From: Clostridia bacterium
Lineage (GTDB): Bacteria; Bacillota; Clostridia; TANB77; CAG-508
Assembly (NCBI GenBank): GCA_022797145.1
Contig: JAAWKA010000001.1
Location: 125,745-189,744 of the forward strand
Length of the DNA stretch: 64,000 nucleotides
Direction of reading: 5' to 3'
Part shown: in pieces, positions 1-10,714 of the stretch
Position numbering within the stretch: the first letter of the stretch is position 1
Layout: each line of letters starts with the position of its first letter
The notes under the pieces: model-generated
The model's database searches: none
What the model saw: only the letters and a program-made list of their open reading frames with translations
Told to the model about the DNA's origin: nothing
Made by a program: the position numbers and the translations under genes

Positions 1-36
1 AATTACATATGGAACTAAACTATTTTTTTCTAACAT
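1..36 (-). CDS. clpP: ATP-dependent Clp protease proteolytic subunit, first 12 codons only (gene runs off the window)
   Basis: Reverse complement of 1-36 reads MLEKNSLVPYVI, resembling the ClpP N-terminus (LVPxVIE). GGAGG SD at 44-48, 7 nt upstream. tig-clpP synteny is classical. Confidence 0.55.
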   Translation of the reverse strand, partial: MLEKNSLVPYVI

Positions 37-157
37 AAAATTTCCTCCTTAAATATAACTATATTAATAATTTTTTAAACTAGAGAAAGTTGGTTAAATA
101 AGCTATTTAGAAAATCATATATTTATTTATAGCCTCCTATTACCAACTTTTATTTAA

Positions 158-1441
158 TTATTTTATTTTTGCATTTTCTACAATAAATTCTAGGACCTTT
201 TGATTTTTAATAGACATTTCTATATACTCTATAATCTCTTGATTTTTCTCTAATTCTTCTATTTTTCTGTTATATATATTTGACATTTCTTCTAATCTTT
301 TTGTTACTTCTTCTTTATCAGCTTCTATTTTTTCTGTTTTAATTATCTCTTCTAATACTAATTTATTTTTTACTGTTGTTTTGGCTTCTTCTTCATACTC
401 TTTTCTAAATTCTTCTTTTGTTTTTCCTATCATTTGTAAATAATTCTCTAAGTTCATACCTTGATATTTTAATCTTTGCTCTATTTCTTTGGTCATATTA
501 TCTATTTGTGTTTCTATCATTCCTTCTGGAATATCTATTTCAACATTTTCACATACTCTTTTCATTGCTTCTTCTTCTGTTTCATATTTCATTTTTTTCT
601 TATTTTCTTCTTCTAATTTTTCTTTTATACTTGCTTCTAATTCTTTTAATGTGTCAAATTCACTAACATCTTTTGCAAATTCATCATCTAGATTTGGCAT
701 TTCCTTTTTCTTTATTTCATGTAGTTTTATTTTAAATACTGCTTCTTTACCCTTTAATTCTTCTGAAAAGTATTCTTCTGGAAAAGTTACATTTATATCT
801 TTTTCTTCACCTGTTTTCATCCCTATAATTTGCTCTTCAAATCCTGGTATAAAAGTATTACTACCTATTGTTAACTCATGATTTGCTGCTTTTCCTCCTT
901 CAAAAGCCTTGCCATCAACAAATCCTTCAAAATCAATAACAGTTATGTCTCCGTTTTCTACTGCTCTGTCTTCTATTGAGACTAATCTTGCATTTTTCTC
1001 TTGCATATGTCCTAATTCATGTTTAATGTCTTCATCAGATACATTATACTCTATTTTTTTTATTTCTATACCTTTATATTTTCCAAGTTTTACTTCTGGT
1101 TTTATTTGTACTACTGCTGTAAATATTAAGTCTTGTCCTTTTCCTATTTGTTTTACATCTATATTAGGACGGCTTACTGCTTCTATTTTATTCTCTTTTA
1201 ATTCTTTTTCATATTCTTCTGGTACTACTTCATTAAATGCATCTTCATAAAATATTTCATTACCATAGTATTTTTCTACTATATTTATAGGAGCTTTACC
1301 TTTTCTAAAACCTGGTATATTAAAATATTTTACACTCTTTATATATACTTTTTTTATTGCTTCATCAAATTTTTTAGCTTCTATTATAAATTCTAATTTT
1401 AGTTCATTTTTGTTATCTGTTTTTTCAATTTTTATACTCAT
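158..1441 (-). CDS. tig: Trigger factor (peptidyl-prolyl isomerase chaperone)
   Basis: Length near 430 aa, with the N-terminal ribosome-binding motif GFRKGKAP and an FKBP-type middle domain. Start placed at the second ATG (1441) because AAAGGA lies 8 nt upstream; the ORF-track start is 1450. Confidence 0.9.
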   Translation of the reverse strand: MSIKIEKTDNKNELKLEFIIEAKKFDEAIKKVYIKSVKYFNIPGFRKGKAPINIVEKYYGNEIFYEDAFNEVVPEEYEKELKENKIEAVSRPNIDVKQIGKGQDLIFTAVVQIKPEVKLGKYKGIEIKKIEYNVSDEDIKHELGHMQEKNARLVSIEDRAVENGDITVIDFEGFVDGKAFEGGKAANHELTIGSNTFIPGFEEQIIGMKTGEEKDINVTFPEEYFSEELKGKEAVFKIKLHEIKKKEMPNLDDEFAKDVSEFDTLKELEASIKEKLEEENKKKMKYETEEEAMKRVCENVEIDIPEGMIETQIDNMTKEIEQRLKYQGMNLENYLQMIGKTKEEFRKEYEEEAKTTVKNKLVLEEIIKTEKIEADKEEVTKRLEEMSNIYNRKIEELEKNQEIIEYIEMSIKNQKVLEFIVENAKIK

Positions 1442-1536
1442 TTTTTTCATCCTTTCAAATATATTTATATTTTAGCTTTTACATTATATCATGTTTTTTT
1501 AATATTGCAAAGTCTTTTTTATAGTATTTATTAATA

Positions 1537-2331
1537 TTATACATATTTTTCTATTTCTATAATTTTTTTATCTTTTCGTGTATTTCCTATTTCTTCTATT
1601 ATTTGAAATCTTCCTTTTCCTCTAATTGTTACTATATCCCCTTGCTTTAATATTTTAGATAATTTTAATATATTTTCAAAATTAACAAATACTCTTCCCT
1701 TCAATATTATTTCTTCTGCTTTATTTCTTGATGTATTTGTAAGTTCTTTTACAAGATTGTCTAATCTTAATGAAGACACTATTAATTGTATTTTTTCTCT
1801 TTTAGTTTTTGCTTTACTTATTTTATTTATTTCTACAATTTCTACAATTGATTTTTTAAATCTTGTTAGTTCTACAATATTAGTTTTTACATATTCTGAA
1901 ATTTCTTTTAATATAATTATATCTGCTTCTTGGTCTTGTACTATTATATCTCCTATTTTTTCTCTTTTTATTCCAAGCCTGATTAATGAACTTAAATAAT
2001 CTCTATGTTTATATTTTTCTTTTAATTCTTTTGGTAGCTTTATATTTATTACTTTCATTATGTTTTTATAGTTCTTTTGTATTATATTATCACTATATTT
2101 TTTTGGATAGATAATTAATATCGTTCTTTCTGAATCCCTATATCCACCATAAAATATAACATTTTTTATTTGCAATATGCTTAACAGTTTTTGTATTATT
2201 TGTTTTTGATGTGGATCTAAAAAATCTGTATATGTTATTTTATTTTTTGACAACTCTATTTTATCTAAGACTTTTGCTACTAATATCTTATCTTCACCTA
2301 CATATTTATTTAAAATCTCTTGTTTTTTCAT
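1537..2331 (-). CDS. YlmH-like RNA-binding protein with C-terminal S4 domain
   Basis: 264 aa, with an S4-like C-terminus (SLRLDNLV...SRNKAEEIILKGRVFVN). Confidence 0.55.
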   Translation of the reverse strand: MKKQEILNKYVGEDKILVAKVLDKIELSKNKITYTDFLDPHQKQIIQKLLSILQIKNVIFYGGYRDSERTILIIYPKKYSDNIIQKNYKNIMKVINIKLPKELKEKYKHRDYLSSLIRLGIKREKIGDIIVQDQEADIIILKEISEYVKTNIVELTRFKKSIVEIVEINKISKAKTKREKIQLIVSSLRLDNLVKELTNTSRNKAEEIILKGRVFVNFENILKLSKILKQGDIVTIRGKGRFQIIEEIGNTRKDKKIIEIEKYV

Positions 2332-2347
2332 ATTTTACTTCCTAATT

Positions 2348-2995
2348 TTATATTAGCACTGAATAAATAAAAGAAGCTATTAATGGAACAAAAATATTAT
2401 CTGTTCCTTTTATAGATATTGCTTCAATAAGCATTATTATGAATCCTGCTACTAATACCTTAATGTACCAAAATTGTGTATTAATTAAAAATATAGATAA
2501 AATTATAGTAGTAACTATAAACATTGTAATAGAACCAGCTATTGTTTTTGTAGTACTTTTTCCAAATTTATATTTTTTACTTTTTATAGATTTTCCTATA
2601 ATTGGTGCTAATCCATCCCCATATCCCATTATTAAAATTCCTACTAATCCAATAGTTTTATTATCTAAAATTCCAAAACTAACTATTATTAATATAAATA
2701 AAGAAATTGCATAGTACACTGTTCCTAGTCCCTCTTCCTCTTTATCTTCTCTTTCCATAACAGCTATAAAACCATTTTTGTAGGATATATAATTAATTAT
2801 AATAAAGCTAAATGGAACAATGGCTGCCCATACTACATTTGTAAAAAAATGCATTGCTATAAACCACCAATTGCACAGTATAATGTGTATAAATTTTCTA
2901 CTTGCTTCCTTTCCTGCTTTTTCAAAAAACTTAGCAGCTACTATAATTACTCCTATAAATACATATGATATTATAATTCCTAAAATATTACTCAT
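2348..2995 (-). CDS. Polytopic membrane protein, CTP-dependent polyprenol/phytol/dolichol-kinase-like family
   Basis: Multiple TM helices and a GYGDGLAPIIGK motif typical of the DolK/phytol kinase/CdsA-related family. Confidence 0.5.
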   Translation of the reverse strand: MSNILGIIISYVFIGVIIVAAKFFEKAGKEASRKFIHIILCNWWFIAMHFFTNVVWAAIVPFSFIIINYISYKNGFIAVMEREDKEEEGLGTVYYAISLFILIIVSFGILDNKTIGLVGILIMGYGDGLAPIIGKSIKSKKYKFGKSTTKTIAGSITMFIVTTIILSIFLINTQFWYIKVLVAGFIIMLIEAISIKGTDNIFVPLIASFIYSVLI

Positions 2996-3152
2996 TTTTT
3001 TCCTCTTACATTTTTTCTAAATAATAACATAAAAAAAAACATTTTTCTATACTTATTTAAAAATTAATTTTATTCCCCCTTGAATATTATGTAGAATTAA
3101 TGTATAATATACATTAACAATAGTATAGTTTTCATTATGAAATGGGATTTTT

Positions 3153-3494
3153 ATGAGAGTTAATTTACAGTTACAACACAAAGCTATTGATTGGTACTTA
3201 TCAAAAATACAGCAATATTGTCAAAATATTTCTTGGAGACAAAAAACAAATTTTACTTGTGAATGTTTTAAACTTTTCGATGAACAAAACAAAGTATTGG
3301 GAATTAATCTTTTAGACAATATTGAAATAGACTATTCTAAATTCGATATACATATACGTCCTTTTAGAAATGTTATCAGTATTCTTGATATTTGTAATAT
3401 ACATACCAAAAATATGCCTATTTGCTCTGCTATAGTGCGTGAAAATATGGTATTAGTAGCAGAGGCTCCTCATAATTTAAGGAAATTACCTTAG
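3153..3494 (+). CDS. Hypothetical Cys-rich protein; weak call
   Basis: The only long plus-strand ORF here that is not antisense to a gene, and it ends just before a bidirectional terminator. No convincing SD. Confidence 0.3.
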   Translation: MRVNLQLQHKAIDWYLSKIQQYCQNISWRQKTNFTCECFKLFDEQNKVLGINLLDNIEIDYSKFDIHIRPFRNVISILDICNIHTKNMPICSAIVRENMVLVAEAPHNLRKLP

Positions 3495-3500
3495 AATCCT

Positions 3501-3531
3501 AAAAATGGCACAGTTTTTTCTGTGCCATTTT

Positions 3532-3532
<1 letters not shown>
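3501..3532. terminator. Bidirectional intrinsic terminator (eno / plus-strand ORF)
   Basis: AATGGCACAG-TTTTTT-CTGTGCCATT hairpin (3504-3529) flanked by an A-run and a T-run. Confidence 0.75.
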
Positions 3533-4806
<1,274 letters not shown>

Positions 4807-5228
4807 TTAAACCTCCTAATATATTTTATTAATATTATATACATAAAAAAAACTTTCTAAACCTATTTTAATTTATACATAGAAATTATTATATATATGC
4901 AATATATCCTTTACAGTTCCTTCTATTTTTTATTTAAAATTATTAATAAATACTACTTTAAAACATTTATAGGTTATATAGTTTTAGACAAAAAAACTGC
5001 AAAATAGTGCTTTTTCTTAAATTTTATATACATTTATTTTATAATTGTATTATTCTTTCAAATAAAGTTTCGAGTTATTCTGTAACTGGAAACTTTATTT
5101 GAAAAAAATTTTGAAGCTACATATACTAAAATTTTCTATGCTTGTGTGGGACTAGTATTTATTGGATATGGCGTATTATATGTTGTTTGTAAATTTCAAG
5201 AAATACTATAAAGTAATTTAAAATACTG

Positions 5229-5303
5229 TGGCTGGGGTACTAAGATTCGAACTTAGGAATGGTGGAATCAGAATCCACTGCCTTACCACTTGGCGATACC
5301 CCA
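5229..5303 (-). tRNA. tRNA-Gln (anticodon CTG)
   Basis: Minus strand reads TGGGGTATCGCCAAGTGGTAAGGCAGTGGATTCTGATTCCACCATTCCTAAGTTCGAATCTTAGTACCCCAGCCA. It forms a clean cloverleaf: 7-bp acceptor stem, anticodon stem GTGGA/TCCAC with loop TTCTGAT, T-arm CTAAG-TTCGAAT-CTTAG, and an encoded CCA. Confidence 0.9.
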
Positions 5304-5399
5304 TTGTTCATAGATTTTAAAGAGCCTATATTAATTGACTATTTTATGTTAATATGATATAATTTTGTTAACTAAAAAACTTTAAGGAGGTTCATTGAT

Positions 5400-5579
5400 A
5401 TGATTAAACTTTTTCAAATTTTTCTTCATTGTTTATTTTGTCGTCGGTTTTTAGAGTGTAAAATAAAATTTTATCCTTCAAAAAATACTGTTTTTCAAGA
5501 CTACAGTTTTGAAAATAACGAAATGCATTTGTTGAATCCTGTCGACTGTTCAAATCCAATGGAATCCTTTGATGACTGA
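5400..5579 (+). CDS. Small hypothetical protein, 59 aa, four Cys (not in the ORF track)
   Basis: AAGGAGG SD 8 nt upstream of ATG 5400. Reads MIKLFQIFLHCLFCRRFLECKIKFYPSKNTVFQDYSFENNEMHLLNPVDCSNPMESFDD. Followed by a plus-strand intrinsic terminator. Confidence 0.45.
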   Translation: MIKLFQIFLHCLFCRRFLECKIKFYPSKNTVFQDYSFENNEMHLLNPVDCSNPMESFDD

Positions 5580-5596
5580 TATTATTTTATCAGTGC

Positions 5597-5630
5597 GCCC
5601 ACTTCTCCAAAGAGTAGTGGGCTTATTTTT
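5597..5630 (+). terminator. Intrinsic terminator with a U-tract on the plus strand only
   Basis: GCCCACT...AGTGGGC stem (5597-5622) followed by TTATTTTTATTA. On the minus strand the hairpin has no U-tract. Confidence 0.6.
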
Positions 5631-5631
5631 A

Positions 5632-6633
5632 TTATTTCATTGCTTCTTCTATTGCTACTGCCACTGATACTGTCGCTCCAACCATTGGGTTATTTCCCAT
5701 TCCTATTAATCCCATCATTTCAACATGTGCTGGTACTGATGATGATCCTGCAAATTGAGCATCTGAGTGCATTCTTCCCATTGTGTCTGTCATTCCATAT
5801 GAAGCTGGGCCTGCTGCCATATTATCTGGATGTAATGTTCTTCCTGTCCCTCCACCTGAAGCAACAGAGAAGTATTTTTTTCCTTGTTCTATACATTCTT
5901 TTTTATATGTTCCTGCTACTGGGTGTTGGAATCTTGTTGGATTTGTTGAGTTACCTGTTATTGATACATCAACTCCCTCCATATGCATTATTCCTACTCC
6001 TTCTCTTACATCATTTGCTCCATAACATCTTACTTTTGCTCTTTCACCTTCTGAATATGCTATTTCTTCTACCACATTTACTTTTCCTGTAAAAAAGTCA
6101 AAATCTGTTTTCACATATGTAAATCCATTTATTCTTGAAATTACTTGTGCTGCATCTTTTCCAAGCCCATTTAAAATTACTCTTAATGGTTCTTTTCTTA
6201 CTTTGTTTGCAGATTTTGCAATTCCTATTGCGCCTTCTGCTGCTGCAAAAGATTCATGTCCTGCTAAAAATGCAAAACATTTTGTTTCTTCTGATAATAA
6301 CATAGATGCTAAATTTCCATGTCCCAATCCTACCTTTCTATCATCTGCTACTGATCCTGGTATACAAAATGCTTGTAAGCCTTCTCCGATTGCTTTTGCT
6401 GCATCTGCTGCTTTTACACATCCTTTTTTCACTGCAATTGCTGCTCCTAATGTATATGCCCAACATGCATTTTCAAAACAAATTGGTTGAACATTTTTTA
6501 CTAAATCATATGGATTAAATCCCTTTTCTTTACAAATATTTAGTGCATCTTCAAAATCTTCAATTCCGTACTTTTCCATTACGGGTTTAATTTGATCTAT
6601 TCTTCTTTCATAACTTTCAAATGTTACTGCCAT
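5632..6633 (-). CDS. GGGtGRT-family protein (conserved, function unknown)
   Basis: The translation contains the eponymous SGGGTGRT motif. 333 aa. Confidence 0.8.
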   Translation of the reverse strand: MAVTFESYERRIDQIKPVMEKYGIEDFEDALNICKEKGFNPYDLVKNVQPICFENACWAYTLGAAIAVKKGCVKAADAAKAIGEGLQAFCIPGSVADDRKVGLGHGNLASMLLSEETKCFAFLAGHESFAAAEGAIGIAKSANKVRKEPLRVILNGLGKDAAQVISRINGFTYVKTDFDFFTGKVNVVEEIAYSEGERAKVRCYGANDVREGVGIMHMEGVDVSITGNSTNPTRFQHPVAGTYKKECIEQGKKYFSVASGGGTGRTLHPDNMAAGPASYGMTDTMGRMHSDAQFAGSSSVPAHVEMMGLIGMGNNPMVGATVSVAVAIEEAMK

Positions 6634-6813
6634 TATTTATTCCTCCTTTTTCTTAAATAACCGTTTATAAATATGTATTCTTTTATAGATACTTATGAAA
6701 TTCAAAAAATATATTATATCAAATCTTAATATATAGTTTTTAAATTCATTCTATTTTATATTATTCACATTCTTTTACAAACTTCAGTCTAATTTTTATC
6801 ATTATACTATAAA

Positions 6814-7506
6814 TTACTCTTGTCTTGGATCTATTTTCTTTACTGCTTCATCAAATCTTCCATATTTTCCTGAAGCTTTTTCTATTGCTTCTGTTGCTTC
6901 TATTCCCTTTTTTATGTTTTCCATCATTTTTCCTAAGTTTACATATTTATAACCAATAATTTGATTATCTTTATCTAATCCTATTTCTACTATATAACCC
7001 TCTGCAAGTTCTAAATATCTTGGTCCTTTTGATAATGTACTATATATTGTACCAACTTGACTTCTGTGTCCTTTTCCTAAATCTTCAAGACCTGCTCCTA
7101 TAGGAAGTCCTCCCTCTGAAAATGCAGATTGTGTTCTTCCATATACTATTTGTAAAAATAGTTCTCTCATTGCTGTATTAATTGCATCACAAACTAGGTC
7201 TGTATTTAAGGCTTCTAATATTGTCTTTCCTACTAATATTTCTCCTGCCATTGCTGCTGAATGTGTCATCCCTGAACATCCAATTGTTTCAACTAATGCT
7301 TCTTGTATAATCCCTTCTTTTACATTTAAAGTTAGTTTACATGCTCCTTGTTGTGGGGCACACCAACCAATACCATGTGTTAATCCTGATATATCTTTAA
7401 TTTCTTTTGATTTTACCCATTTGCCTTCTTCTGGAATTGGTGCTGGTCCATGGTCTACTCCTTTTGCAACTGGGCACATTTCTTCTACTTCTTTTGAATA
7501 AATCAT
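6814..7506 (-). CDS. NifU/IscU-like iron-sulfur cluster scaffold-related protein
   Basis: Cys-containing NifU-N-like segment (GWCAPQQGACKLTL...ETIGCSGMTHSAAMAGE). Its usual partner is GGGtGRT. Confidence 0.6.
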   Translation of the reverse strand: MIYSKEVEEMCPVAKGVDHGPAPIPEEGKWVKSKEIKDISGLTHGIGWCAPQQGACKLTLNVKEGIIQEALVETIGCSGMTHSAAMAGEILVGKTILEALNTDLVCDAINTAMRELFLQIVYGRTQSAFSEGGLPIGAGLEDLGKGHRSQVGTIYSTLSKGPRYLELAEGYIVEIGLDKDNQIIGYKYVNLGKMMENIKKGIEATEAIEKASGKYGRFDEAVKKIDPRQE

Positions 7507-7574
7507 TTTAGTTTGCTCCTTTCAATATTAGATTTATATTTTTTTAACTTTAATAACATATTTGGAACTTTAAA

Positions 7575-8246
7575 TTATTCATTTATTTGTTTATAACTTA
7601 AAATTTGACTTTTGATTTGCTCTTGTTTTATTTCTTCTTCTGCTTCTTTTTGTATTTGTCGTTCTTCATGATTATATTCAATTATATTGCTATTTATCTC
7701 TTTTTTATATATTCCTTCTGTATATGTATATAAATTTTTATTTTTTTCTTTGTATCCTTCTAAGTATTTAATTATCATTTGCTTTTCTTTTCTATTATAA
7801 TTACTTAAAGGAATCTTTAAATATTTATGTCTCCATATTAAGTGTCTATCATAACTTGTATATTCTGTAGTAGTTAAATCTTCATAATCATATTCTACAT
7901 TAAATTTATAATTTTTTACTGATATTGTTATACTAGTAAATGGCTGTTCTTTTATTTTTATTAATTCATTTCTTAATTCTTTTATTTTTGCATATAACTT
8001 ATCTGCAAGTTTTAAATACGCTTCTTCATCTAAATTAAATTTATTAGGTATTTCATATACATTGATTGGTTTTTTTTGTAGAATACTTTTGGGATAGTAA
8101 TAAAAAAACATTTCTCCTGCATTTGTTTTACTATGTTCTATTATAGATGCATACAAATAGATACTATCCCATTTTTCTGGAATCATATAAAATAACTGTT
8201 TTTGTATTTGTGAATATACATTTCTTATATTAGATGTTGTTAGCAT
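7575..8246 (-). CDS. DUF600 / YezG-like (TIGR01741-type) putative immunity protein with a C-terminal extension
   Basis: The pattern ...IPEKWDSIYLYASI...GEMFFYYYP... resembles the YezG/DUF600 family. GGAGG lies 5 nt before ATG 8246. An upstream in-frame ATG at 8258 overlaps the gpmI stop (TAATG). Confidence 0.5.
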   Translation of the reverse strand: MLTTSNIRNVYSQIQKQLFYMIPEKWDSIYLYASIIEHSKTNAGEMFFYYYPKSILQKKPINVYEIPNKFNLDEEAYLKLADKLYAKIKELRNELIKIKEQPFTSITISVKNYKFNVEYDYEDLTTTEYTSYDRHLIWRHKYLKIPLSNYNRKEKQMIIKYLEGYKEKNKNLYTYTEGIYKKEINSNIIEYNHEERQIQKEAEEEIKQEQIKSQILSYKQINE

Positions 8247-8257
8247 TTTTGCCTCCA

Positions 8258-9790
8258 TTATTTTCTAACAATAATACTTTCACCTGTCATTTCTTCTGGT
8301 TTTTCTAATCCCATTATGTCTAGCATAGTTGGGGCAAGGTCTGCAAGTTTTCCTTGTTTCAAATTTATATTATCCCTTCCAATTAATACTAATGGTACTG
8401 GGTTTGTTGTATGTGCTGTATGAGGTTCTCCTGTTTTATAGTCTATCATTTGTTCTGCATTTCCATGATCTGCTGTTATTAGTATTACTCCCTCTTTTTT
8501 TATAACCTCATTTACTACTTTTCCAACACATTCATCTATTGCTTCTAAAGCTTTAATAGCAGCTTCTAAATTTCCTGTATGTCCTACCATATCAGGATTT
8601 GCATAGTTTAAGATAATGCAATCATATTTATTTGATGATATAGCTTCTAATACTTTATCTGTTACTTCATATGCACTCATCTCTGGTTTTAAATCATAAG
8701 TTTCTACTTTGGGTGAAGGTACTAGTATTCTGTCTTCTCCTTCATATTGTTTTTCTTCTCCTCCATTAAAGAAAAATGTAACATGGGCATATTTTTCAGT
8801 TTCTGCAATACGAAGTTGTGTATATCCTTGTTTACTTATATATTCTCCAAACGTATTTTTTAAACTTGTTGGTTTAAATGCAATATTCACATTTGGCATT
8901 GTTTCATCATATGATGTCATACAAACAAAATATAAATTTATTTTATTTGTGTTAAATTCATCAAAGTTATTATCTACTAATGTTCTTGTTATTTCTCTTG
9001 CTCTATCTGGTCTAAAATTAAAGAATATAACAGAATCATTATTTTTTATTGTAGCTATTGGGGTATCTCCATTACAAATTACTGTTGGTTCTACAAATTC
9101 ATCAAATACCTCTTTTTGATAAGAACTTTCAATAGCAGAAGTGGCTGTTAAAGCTTTTTGTCCTTCTCCTTCTACTAATGCTCTATATGCTTTTTCAACT
9201 CTTTCCCATCTTTTGTCTCTGTCCATTGCATAAAATCTGCCCATTATTGTAGCAATTTTTCCAATTTCTTTTTCCTTCATTTTTTCTTCTAGTTTTGTAA
9301 TATATGTCTCTGCTGATGCTGGTGGAGTATCTCTTCCATCTAAAAAACAATGTACATATACATTTTCAATTCCTTTTCTTTTTGCAAGTTCTAATAATGC
9401 ATATAAATGACGAATATGGCTATGAACACCTCCGTCAGACAATAAGCCCATTATGTGTAAATCAGATTTATTTTTATTACAATTTTCTATTGCTTCATTA
9501 AACTCTGGTATACTAAAAAAATCTCCACTTTCAATTGATTTTGTAATTCTTGTTAATTCTTGGTATACTATTCTTCCTGCTCCAATATTTGTGTGCCCTA
9601 CTTCCGAATTCCCCATTTGTCCTTCTGGTAATCCAACATCAAGTCCACTTGTATATATATTAGTCATAGGGTACATTTTCATAAATTTATCTAAATTAGG
9701 CGTACTTGCCATTTTTACTGCATTTGCCTTATCATTTGAATTTTCTCCAAATCCATCTAGTATCATTAACATAGTTAATTTATTTTTCAT
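8258..9790 (-). CDS. gpmI: 2,3-bisphosphoglycerate-independent phosphoglycerate mutase
   Basis: 510 aa with iPGM-type motifs ([28 protein letters not shown]). Confidence 0.95.
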   Translation of the reverse strand: MKNKLTMLMILDGFGENSNDKANAVKMASTPNLDKFMKMYPMTNIYTSGLDVGLPEGQMGNSEVGHTNIGAGRIVYQELTRITKSIESGDFFSIPEFNEAIENCNKNKSDLHIMGLLSDGGVHSHIRHLYALLELAKRKGIENVYVHCFLDGRDTPPASAETYITKLEEKMKEKEIGKIATIMGRFYAMDRDKRWERVEKAYRALVEGEGQKALTATSAIESSYQKEVFDEFVEPTVICNGDTPIATIKNNDSVIFFNFRPDRAREITRTLVDNNFDEFNTNKINLYFVCMTSYDETMPNVNIAFKPTSLKNTFGEYISKQGYTQLRIAETEKYAHVTFFFNGGEEKQYEGEDRILVPSPKVETYDLKPEMSAYEVTDKVLEAISSNKYDCIILNYANPDMVGHTGNLEAAIKALEAIDECVGKVVNEVIKKEGVILITADHGNAEQMIDYKTGEPHTAHTTNPVPLVLIGRDNINLKQGKLADLAPTMLDIMGLEKPEEMTGESIIVRK

Positions 9791-9807
9791 ATACTAATTT
9801 ACCATCC

Positions 9808-10560
9808 TTATTTATCATAATTTACTATTTTTTCAAATTCTTCTGGTTTTAAGCTTGCTCCTCCTACTAATGCTCCATCTATATCTGATGTAGTAAATAG
9901 TTCTTGTGCATTTGAAGCTTTTACACTTCCTCCATATTGAATTATAACTCTGCTTGCTATGTTTTGTCCATATATTTTACTAATTTCTTCTCTAATAGAT
10001 ATTATACAATTATTTGCATCCTCAGAAGTAGCTGTTTTTCCTGTTCCTATAGCCCATATTGGTTCATATGCAATTATTATATTTTCTACTTGCTCTTGTG
10101 TTAATCCTTCTAAAGCAAGTTTTGTTTGATTTGTTATGACTTGATTTGTTATTCCTTTTTCTTTTTGTTCTAATGTTTCTCCTACACATACTATTGGTTT
10201 TAATTCATTATTTAATGCTGCTTTTACCTTTTTGTTTACTGTTTCATCTGTTTCTGCAAAATATTGTCTTCTTTCAGAATGTCCTATTATTACATATTCT
10301 ACTCCTATAGATTTTAGCATAGAACCTGATACTTCTCCTGTATATGCCCCTGTTTCTTCCCAATGCATATTTTGTGCACCTATCTTTATATTGGTTTTCT
10401 TTGTTATCTCTACTAGTCTTTCTAAATCTATATATGGAGCACAAATTATAACTTCACTTTGTGCATTTTTTATAAGTTCTATAAATTCCCTCATATACTC
10501 TTCTGCCTGTAATGGTTTCATGTTCATTTTCCAATTTCCTGCAATTACTTTTTTACGCAT
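9808..10560 (-). CDS. tpiA: Triosephosphate isomerase
   Basis: AGNWKMN, IIGHSERR, AYEPIWAIGTG, YGGSV motifs. Confidence 0.95.
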   Translation of the reverse strand: MRKKVIAGNWKMNMKPLQAEEYMREFIELIKNAQSEVIICAPYIDLERLVEITKKTNIKIGAQNMHWEETGAYTGEVSGSMLKSIGVEYVIIGHSERRQYFAETDETVNKKVKAALNNELKPIVCVGETLEQKEKGITNQVITNQTKLALEGLTQEQVENIIIAYEPIWAIGTGKTATSEDANNCIISIREEISKIYGQNIASRVIIQYGGSVKASNAQELFTTSDIDGALVGGASLKPEEFEKIVNYDK

Positions 10561-10714
10561 TTTTAATCCTCCTTTATTATATTTTACATTATTTCTTTAA
10601 ATTTTTCTCTTGTATTATATATTACTAAATTTTTTTATTTTGAATTAATTTATAATACGATTTTGCTAACAATATAGTAATCATTTTACCTTTGTTCCTT
10701 TTTATATACAATTA

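Noticed and set aside
80-157. Long-range inverted repeat AAAGTTGGT...ACCAACTTT between tig and clpP.
   Set aside because: The 9-bp arms are separated by about 45 nt with no convincing inner structure or U-tract. This is insufficient to call a terminator or operator.
5060-5215. Possible plus-strand coding remnant (ETLFEKNFEATYTKIFYACVGLVFIGYGVLYVVCKFQEIL*) and a 13-bp inverted repeat (CAAATAAAGTTTC...GAAACTTTATTTG) between eno and tRNA-Gln.
   Set aside because: The frame has no start codon and a stop lies immediately upstream. It may be a gene relic, but I cannot support it. The hairpin lacks a clean U-tract on either strand.
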